Position numbers and translations under genes: made by a program
The notes under the pieces: generated by a model
Told to the model about the DNA's origin: nothing
The model's database searches: none
What the model saw: the letters and a program-made list of their open reading frames with translations, nothing else
Assembly: GCA_046290225.1 (NCBI GenBank)
Contig: JBKAGE010000002.1
Coordinates: 1 to 64,000 of the forward strand
Length of the DNA stretch: 64,000 bases
Direction: 5' to 3'
Source: Bradymonadia bacterium
Lineage (GTDB): Bacteria; Myxococcota_A; Bradymonadia; UBA7976; UBA1532
Shown here: positions 58,104-64,000 of the stretch, one piece after another
Position numbering within the stretch: the stretch's first letter is position 1
Layout: every line of letters begins with the position of its first letter

Positions 58104-59372
58104 ATGAGCACATCGAACGCCCCTGGCAGTACACCTTCCGGTACCCTCATCGCCGAGCGCTACGAGATCGCCGAGCGCCTCGGTGAAGGGGCCATCGGCA
58201 CCGTCTATCGGGCCCGAGATCATCGCCTCGAGTTTCGAGAAGTGGCCATCAAGCTGCTCAAGCCCGACACCCCAGAAGATCAGATCGCCCGGTTCCGCCG
58301 CGAAGCCTTGTTGGTGAGCGGCCTGTCGAGCCCCTTCATCGTCGGGGTGAGCGACTTCGATCGTCTCGAGAACAAGCAGCCCTACCTCGTGATGGAGTGT
58401 CTCAAGGGCGAGAACCTCGGCGATCGCCTCACTCGTGAGCCCCAGCTGCCGATCCCCCGGGCATTGCACATCACCGACGGGATCCTCGCGGGCCTCGAGG
58501 CCGCTCACGCCGCGGGGGTGGTGCACCGCGATCTCAAACCGGCGAACCTGTTCCTCACCACGGGGCCCGGGGTGAGCGATCACCCCAAGATCCTCGACTT
58601 CGGCTTTGCCCGGGTGTTCAGCCGCCCCCTCGACGCCCTCGACGTCACCAAGGACGAGCCCCTCGTGGTGGGCACCGTGAGCTACATGGCCCCAGAGCAG
58701 CTCAAGGCCCGCCACGTGGACCACCGCTCTGATCTCTACAGCGTGGGGGCCCTGCTGTTCCGCATGATCGCCGGGCGCCTGCCGTATGACATCGACGAGA
58801 AGGCCGACAACCCGATGCAGGCGGCCATCTTCCGCATGAAGCGCATCAAGAACCCCCTGCACCGACTGCAAGATTTGATGCCCCAGCAGCCCGATCTCGG
58901 ACCCCTCGACGAGGTGCTGGCCCAGGTGCTGGCGTTTGATCCGGCGAAGCGGCCGGCCACGGCAGGGCTGTTCCGCAAGGCCCTCGCCGAGGCGTGGAGC
59001 CACGGCCGGCTGCAGCGTCAGGAGTCTCTCCCTGGGGCAGGCGACGCCGTGTGGCAGAGCCCGGCGAGCGGCCTCGACAATCTGCGCCTGCTGGACACCA
59101 TCGATCAGGCGCCGGCCTTCGTCGTGCCCACCGCCGAAACCCCAGCGGCCATCACCAGCACTGGTGAGCTACCGCCGCTCCCCGACGCCGCAGTAGAGAC
59201 GCCCTACCCATCGAACCCGCCTGCGCCCATAGAAGAGCCGACACCTCGAACGCCACCCGAGCCTACGGCGACGGTACAGCCGCCTGCTCGAGATCGGTTG
59301 TGGCTGGGGGTGCTCATGGGCGCAGGGCTCATGGCGGCGGGCGGGGCGTTGATGTGGTTCGTGATGAAGTGA
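58104..59372 (+). CDS. Hanks-type Ser/Thr protein kinase with C-terminal TM
   Basis: GEGAIG, VAIK, HRDLKPAN, DFG, YMAPEQ; Pro-rich linker and a TM helix. Confidence 0.93.
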   Translation: MSTSNAPGSTPSGTLIAERYEIAERLGEGAIGTVYRARDHRLEFREVAIKLLKPDTPEDQIARFRREALLVSGLSSPFIVGVSDFDRLENKQPYLVMECLKGENLGDRLTREPQLPIPRALHITDGILAGLEAAHAAGVVHRDLKPANLFLTTGPGVSDHPKILDFGFARVFSRPLDALDVTKDEPLVVGTVSYMAPEQLKARHVDHRSDLYSVGALLFRMIAGRLPYDIDEKADNPMQAAIFRMKRIKNPLHRLQDLMPQQPDLGPLDEVLAQVLAFDPAKRPATAGLFRKALAEAWSHGRLQRQESLPGAGDAVWQSPASGLDNLRLLDTIDQAPAFVVPTAETPAAITSTGELPPLPDAAVETPYPSNPPAPIEEPTPRTPPEPTATVQPPARDRLWLGVLMGAGLMAAGGALMWFVMK

Positions 59373-59390
59373 GCGCCCCTCACAGGTGCT

Positions 59391-61697
59391 CTACTCTTCC
59401 CAGGTCCAGCCTTCGATCTTGATGCCCTTCTTCACGTTGTAGCCCACCTGGCGGTGCTTCACCTTGCCACCCTCCACCCAGATGAAGGTGGGCGTACCGC
59501 TCACGCCGTGGGCCACGAAGCTGCGCCGCAGCTCGTCGCTCACGATGAGGGGCAGGAAGGCCTTGTCCCACTTGCCCAGGAACTTCTGCACGATCTCGGG
59601 CTCTTCGTCGGTCACCGCCACCACCTGCACCCCCGTGGCCTTCGACCAGTCGAGCAGCTCGGGCACAGCCCGTTTGCAGGGGCCGCACCACGTGGCCCAG
59701 TAGAAGAGCATGTACGGGCCCTCGGAGAGCGTCATCGACGATCCGGGCTTCAGGCCACCCGCGGGGGCCGTCACCACCTTCAGGTTCTCGATCTTCGGCG
59801 CCGACTCACCGAGCTCTGGCGGGCTCGGCAGCTCGGGCCACTCCAGCGGATAGGGGCCGAGGTTGAAGGTGAGCGTGATCGGCTGCCCGTCGCGACGGGC
59901 TTCGATCTTCAAGGGGGTGAACTGAGGCGAGCGCATCGTCCACTCCCTGATTTGCCTCGGCTCTTCGAAGTGGGCCCCAGGCGGCCCCAGGATGACGTCG
60001 CCCACCTGCACCCCGGCCTTCTGAGCCGGTGAGTCGGGGAACACACTCATGACCCCCACGGCGCCCCCGGCGAGCTTCCACTTCTCTTTCTGAGCAGGCT
60101 TGAGCGGGCGGAACCGGATGCCCAGCCAGGAAGGCAGCACCTTCTCGATCTTCTTCAGCTCGTCGGCGAAGGGCGGCAACGGCTCCGGCGCCTTCGGATC
60201 AGCCTTGGCGATGGAGGCGTCCAGATGCCCGGGCGTGAACTGCTCGCAGGCGGTCAGGCGTTGCCAGGCAGCCTTCTGTGCCTCATGACCCGGCGTGCTC
60301 AACCAAATCTGGCCAGCGACCTCCACCAGAGAGGTGCGCAGTCGCAACAGGATCGCCAGCCTCAGCTCGAGGCGCTCCCACGACTTGCGGGCGGTGCGGG
60401 CCTTCTGCGCCAGCGTGTTGGCCCGACGCCAGACCTGCTCGCGACCCCGGGTGAACTCAAGCAGGGCCGGCAAGACCTCTCGGAGCAGCTTCATCTGCGC
60501 GGCGTCGTCCAGCTCTTTGAGCGCCTTGGGCTGCAGCTTCTTCGACCACTTAGGCTGAGCCTCGAGGAAGTGGGCGAGGTTGTCTCGCTTGAGATCGTCG
60601 AGGGCCTCGGACCATCTCTTGGCGTAGGTGCGCACGGCCTTGGCGTTGTCGGGGAGCTTGCCAGCATGCTGCTCGAGCTCTCCGAGCGTGCGGGGGCTGA
60701 AGGTGCCATAGGTGTTCCCAATGGCGTCCATGTGTCTGATGTGGCGCTCCCAGCGCCCTCGATCCTGCCATGCCTGCTGCAACAACGCGTCGACATAGGC
60801 CTCGAAGCTCTGGCCCCTGGCCTCAGCTGCTGCGCGCAGCAGCCGCTCGAGGTAGAGCTGAGAGCTGCGCACGGGTACGTCGGGCCGGTCGTCGAAGCGC
60901 GACACCTCATCATGTGCGCTCACCAGATCGCGATGTCGGCTCAGGGCGTCGATGAAGTGGAAGGCGTGGCCCACGCGCTCCACGCCGCGGCCTCCGGGGT
61001 AGCAGCCATAGGCCTGTCGGTCCCGATACGTGGAGTAGAAGCCGCAGGTGTCTCCTGGTGGCTCTTCGGCGCCAGGGGCATAGATCGAATACCCGAAGGT
61101 GCCCGAGTAGCACTGGCTCATGACCTCGACGGTCTTCACCCCCTCGGGCAACTCTGCGAGCAGGGCTTCGAACTCTGCCACCGACATCTCCTCATGCCAG
61201 AGATCGATGCGGCCATTGTCGGGGTGAGCGTCATTGCCTTCGCCGTGATCAGTGACGTAGATGAGCAAAGTGTCGCCGGCCTCGAGGGGCGAGCTGCGGA
61301 ACCAGCCCCGCAAAGCGCCATAGGTGGCCGGTTGGAGCTTCACCTCGGCCCACTCGGTGTTCACCAGCTCGATGCGGGGGTTGAGCACCCGACCGGGGGC
61401 GGTGTCGTCGAGCAGCCACCAGCCTTTGGGCACCCCCTTGCGGCTCTGGGCAAGATCGAGGGTGTCTCGCTCACCGTCGCTGGAGAACACCGTGATGTGA
61501 TCTGCAGGGATCCCACGGGCCACGAGGATGGTGTGCATGTCTTGGATGTGGTGCAGGTGGCTGAGGTAGTTGCTCCGGGGGTTGGCGCCCCCGTTGATGA
61601 GCACCACGTAGGTCTCCCCAGCCTTCACCTCGGCGGCCCCGTGGGCGAGCATGGGCAGGGCGGTGAGCAAGGCGGCGATGATGAGCAAAGTTCTCAA
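59391..61697 (-). CDS. Secreted clan CD (C13/caspase-like) peptidase-PDZ-TlpA thioredoxin fusion
   Basis: Signal peptide; IYVTDHG and SQCYSG dyad; PDZ WLGIRF...DSPAQKAGVQVGDVI; WATWCGPC and GTPT. Confidence 0.78.
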   Translation of the reverse strand: MRTLLIIAALLTALPMLAHGAAEVKAGETYVVLINGGANPRSNYLSHLHHIQDMHTILVARGIPADHITVFSSDGERDTLDLAQSRKGVPKGWWLLDDTAPGRVLNPRIELVNTEWAEVKLQPATYGALRGWFRSSPLEAGDTLLIYVTDHGEGNDAHPDNGRIDLWHEEMSVAEFEALLAELPEGVKTVEVMSQCYSGTFGYSIYAPGAEEPPGDTCGFYSTYRDRQAYGCYPGGRGVERVGHAFHFIDALSRHRDLVSAHDEVSRFDDRPDVPVRSSQLYLERLLRAAAEARGQSFEAYVDALLQQAWQDRGRWERHIRHMDAIGNTYGTFSPRTLGELEQHAGKLPDNAKAVRTYAKRWSEALDDLKRDNLAHFLEAQPKWSKKLQPKALKELDDAAQMKLLREVLPALLEFTRGREQVWRRANTLAQKARTARKSWERLELRLAILLRLRTSLVEVAGQIWLSTPGHEAQKAAWQRLTACEQFTPGHLDASIAKADPKAPEPLPPFADELKKIEKVLPSWLGIRFRPLKPAQKEKWKLAGGAVGVMSVFPDSPAQKAGVQVGDVILGPPGAHFEEPRQIREWTMRSPQFTPLKIEARRDGQPITLTFNLGPYPLEWPELPSPPELGESAPKIENLKVVTAPAGGLKPGSSMTLSEGPYMLFYWATWCGPCKRAVPELLDWSKATGVQVVAVTDEEPEIVQKFLGKWDKAFLPLIVSDELRRSFVAHGVSGTPTFIWVEGGKVKHRQVGYNVKKGIKIEGWTWEE

Positions 61698-61773
61698 GGG
61701 CTGCGCTCGATGCGATGGTCAGTCCCTGAAAGATGCCACGATCACCGCCGGGGGCGCCAAGGCCTTTGGCGCG

Positions 61774-62448
61774 TCACTCTGCTTCCAGGATCTCCACCAC
61801 CAACGACTCCAGGCTCCGCATGCCCGCAGCTCGGCCCACCTCGAGTGCGGCGTCGACATCAAATCCAAGGCGCTCGGCGTGAAAGAAGGCCCACGATGCC
61901 CCCACCCGGTTGCTCGAGGCGCAGTGCAAGTACACAGTGCCGCCAGCATCAATGAGCGCCTCGTACAGGTCATACATGCCTTCGCGGAAGGCCACATCGC
62001 GGTAGTCGTTCCCACTGGTGGGGTAGCGGGTGAAGCTGCCACCGAGGCCCTCGACGAGGCCTGGCTCGTCGAAGGGATCTTCTTCGGGGTAGCGCAGGCT
62101 GATGACTGGCACCCCAGCTTCCACGACCTCAGTGAGGCGAGCTTCGGTGGGCTGGCCAGCGGCAATCCAGTCGAACTCTACATCGCGCTCGTAGTCTTCG
62201 GTGGCCCTCAAGATCACGGCCTCTGAGGGCATCGCCTCCATATCTGGGGCCCCCAAGTCAGGCAAACCCATGTCAGCGTTCCCGGGGGGCATCATCTCCA
62301 TGTCCGATGCCGTCTCGGTGCCCATGTCCATCTCTGTGGCCATGATCTCAGCGTCCGGGACAGCCTGAACGTCGCCACTGTCGTCGCCGTCGTCACACGC
62401 CACAGCGCTCACCAGGATTGTGCAGATGGTCCACATCGAACTTCGCAT
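61774..62448 (-). CDS. Lipoprotein with DUF442/BLH-type (PTP-like) sulfurtransferase/phosphatase domain
   Basis: AVAC lipobox; AGQPT, VISLR, YLHCASSNR. Confidence 0.75.
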   Translation of the reverse strand: MRSSMWTICTILVSAVACDDGDDSGDVQAVPDAEIMATEMDMGTETASDMEMMPPGNADMGLPDLGAPDMEAMPSEAVILRATEDYERDVEFDWIAAGQPTEARLTEVVEAGVPVISLRYPEEDPFDEPGLVEGLGGSFTRYPTSGNDYRDVAFREGMYDLYEALIDAGGTVYLHCASSNRVGASWAFFHAERLGFDVDAALEVGRAAGMRSLESLVVEILEAE

Positions 62449-62485
62449 CGTTCGCTCCTCAACAACCAGAACAAAACAAAATACA

Positions 62486-62504
62486 ATTGATTAACTACAT
62501 CAAT
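62486..62504. promoter_or_regulatory. Palindrome in the AT-rich divergent promoter region
   Basis: ATTGAT-N7-ATCAAT between the DUF442 gene and LysR. Confidence 0.4.
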
Positions 62505-62596
62505 GAAACACCATTCAAAAGGTTACGCCCCTCAATGGGTTTCGATGCATGGTGAGCGCAGCGATACCTGAGCGAGCAATTTGGAGTCTCTCACCC

Positions 62597-63478
62597 ATGT
62601 CGTATGCCGATCTGCCCTGGGATGACGTCAGATTGTTCCTCACTCTCTATCGGGCGCGGACCATGGGTGAGGCCGCGAAGAACCTCAAGATCAACATCTC
62701 GACCATCTCCCGCCGCCTCATCGCCCTCGAAGAGGCCCTGGACACGCGCCTGTTCGATCGCGGTCGAGAGGGCCTCAGGGCCACCCAGGCCGCCCATGAT
62801 CTCATCGCCGCCGCCGAGCTCGTGGAGCATGGTGTGGCGCAGTTCTCCAATGCCATCGACGGCCTCGAGCGAGAGATCTCTGGTGTGGTGCGTCTCGCGT
62901 GCCCGCCTGACGCAGCCGATGTGCTGGTGCTGCCCATGCTCAAGGGGCTGCTGACACGACACCCGCAGCTGCGGATCAGCCTTCAGCCCGGCGAGTCCGT
63001 CGTGGATCTCAACCGTCGAGAGGCAGATCTGGCGCTGCGCATCGTCAAGCCCACTCGCGGTGATTTGCTGGTGCGCAAGGTGGGCACGGTGAAGTTCCTG
63101 CTGGCCGCTCACCCCGAGCTGGCTTCACGGCTGACCCCCGTGACCTCGCTGGCTCGACTGCCCTGGGTGGGTTGGGGAGACCAGCTCGAAGACAGCCCAC
63201 TGGCGCGCTGGATGACGACTCACATGGGCACTGCTCCAGTGATCAGCACCGACAGCCTCAGGACACAGATCGCAGCGGCGGCCTCAGGCCTCGGGGTGGC
63301 TCTGGTGCCCCACCCCAGCGTGGGCCACTACGGCCTCGTTCCGCTGGCCCTGCCCGAGACGATCTCCAGGGCATTGCCTCAGACCGATCTGTTCCTGGTG
63401 ACGCACCAGAGCTTGAGGCATGTACCCCGTGTGAAGGCGGTGTGGGAGGCGCTGCTGGACACATTGAGCGGCATCTAG
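62597..63478 (+). CDS. LysR-family transcriptional regulator
   Basis: WDDVRLFL...AAKNL...STISRRL..LEEAL..RLFDR HTH; READLALR. Confidence 0.93.
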   Translation: MSYADLPWDDVRLFLTLYRARTMGEAAKNLKINISTISRRLIALEEALDTRLFDRGREGLRATQAAHDLIAAAELVEHGVAQFSNAIDGLEREISGVVRLACPPDAADVLVLPMLKGLLTRHPQLRISLQPGESVVDLNRREADLALRIVKPTRGDLLVRKVGTVKFLLAAHPELASRLTPVTSLARLPWVGWGDQLEDSPLARWMTTHMGTAPVISTDSLRTQIAAAASGLGVALVPHPSVGHYGLVPLALPETISRALPQTDLFLVTHQSLRHVPRVKAVWEALLDTLSGI

Positions 63479-63539
63479 AGAGGCTTTTTTCAAAAAAACT
63501 GAAACAGTTTCTCGCCGCTCTGGATATGCCTGACTGACG

Positions 63540-64000
63540 ATGAAAAAGCGCCGCTCCAACGAGGCCTCAGACGCCGATCTCAGCCGCCGCGCATTGCGGG
63601 GAGACCACAGCGCCTGGAGAGCCCTCGTTCGACGACACACCCCCATGGTCTACCGGCTGTCGGCTCGAATCCTCGGCCCTGGCCCTGAAGCAGAAGACGC
63701 TTGTCAGGAGGCGTTCCTCAAGATGCACCGCGCCCTGCACCAGTACGATCCCACCCGGCCCCTGGCGCCGTGGCTCGGGCGCATCACCTACCACGTCTGC
63801 CTCAAGCGGCTGGCCAGGGTGAAGGGCGACGCCGAGGCGACAGATCCGGTGGAGCTGGGGCAGATGCTCGACGAGCGCGCAGCGAGCCCGGAGCGGGCCG
63901 CTGCTGATCGCGAAGCCGGGCGTATCATGCAGGCCGCCCTCGACACGCTCTCGGCCCAGGATCGCGCCCTCATCACCCTGCGCTATGTCGAGGGCATGAC
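63540..64000 (+). CDS. ECF-type sigma-70 factor (3' truncated by window end)
   Basis: Not in the ORF track. Translates as MKKRRSNEASDADLSRRALRGDHSAWRALVRRH...AEDACQEAFLK...PWLGRI...RALITLRYVEGM. Confidence 0.9.
   Translation, partial: MKKRRSNEASDADLSRRALRGDHSAWRALVRRHTPMVYRLSARILGPGPEAEDACQEAFLKMHRALHQYDPTRPLAPWLGRITYHVCLKRLARVKGDAEATDPVELGQMLDERAASPERAAADREAGRIMQAALDTLSAQDRALITLRYVEGM

Noticed and set aside
66..61955. Long antisense or off-frame ORFs (e.g. 66-1394, 10873-12348, 16764-18560, 18723-20999, 21080-22960, 28048-30066, 47426-48829, 60225-61955) and the 5' extension of 9101-11125
   Set aside because: These are shadow ORFs expected at high GC, overlapping genes with clear family motifs.
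62486..62504. FNR box
   Set aside because: The TTGAT/ATCAA half-sites are spaced by 7 nt rather than 4. Kept only as a generic palindrome.
63500..63526. Autoregulatory ECF promoter (TGAAAC -35)
   Set aside because: No convincing CGT/TC-type -10 at 16-17 bp spacing; too weak to call.

Overview
A GC-rich, densely coding 64-kb bacterial segment, most likely from a Myxococcota-type organism. The evidence is a MYXO-CTERM sorting tail, a DUF2330 protein, a Ser/Thr kinase, giant Gly-linker lipoproteins and several multiheme cytochromes. I saw no rRNA, tRNA, CRISPR array or intact transposase. Main content, in order: an hslO 3' fragment abutting an ISAs1-like terminus; an Npt/TLC-type transporter; rraA; a heterodimeric MdlAB/BmrCD-type ABC pair split by about 12 kb of envelope-modifying genes; two tandem giant TSP3/C-type-lectin lipoproteins, the first carrying four lesions; an NrtR-SPFH-NAD-kinase-like operon with a triple 15-bp-period operator; three multiheme cytochromes c; a DGC; a hybrid kinase; a clan CD protease-PDZ-thioredoxin fusion; LysR; and a truncated ECF sigma factor. 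Best candidates for undescribed biology: (1) the NrtR/soluble-SPFH/NADK2-like kinase operon; (2) a NorR-type sigma54 activator facing an octaheme cytochrome plus an HxH membrane protein instead of a known NO reductase; (3) a dispersed ~320-350 bp hairpin element whose arms carry (GGGCAC)5-6 G-quadruplex-type repeats; (4) multi-domain EPN/QPD lectin adhesins; (5) the protease-PDZ-thioredoxin fusion. All product calls are from motif recognition by eye; no searches were run.
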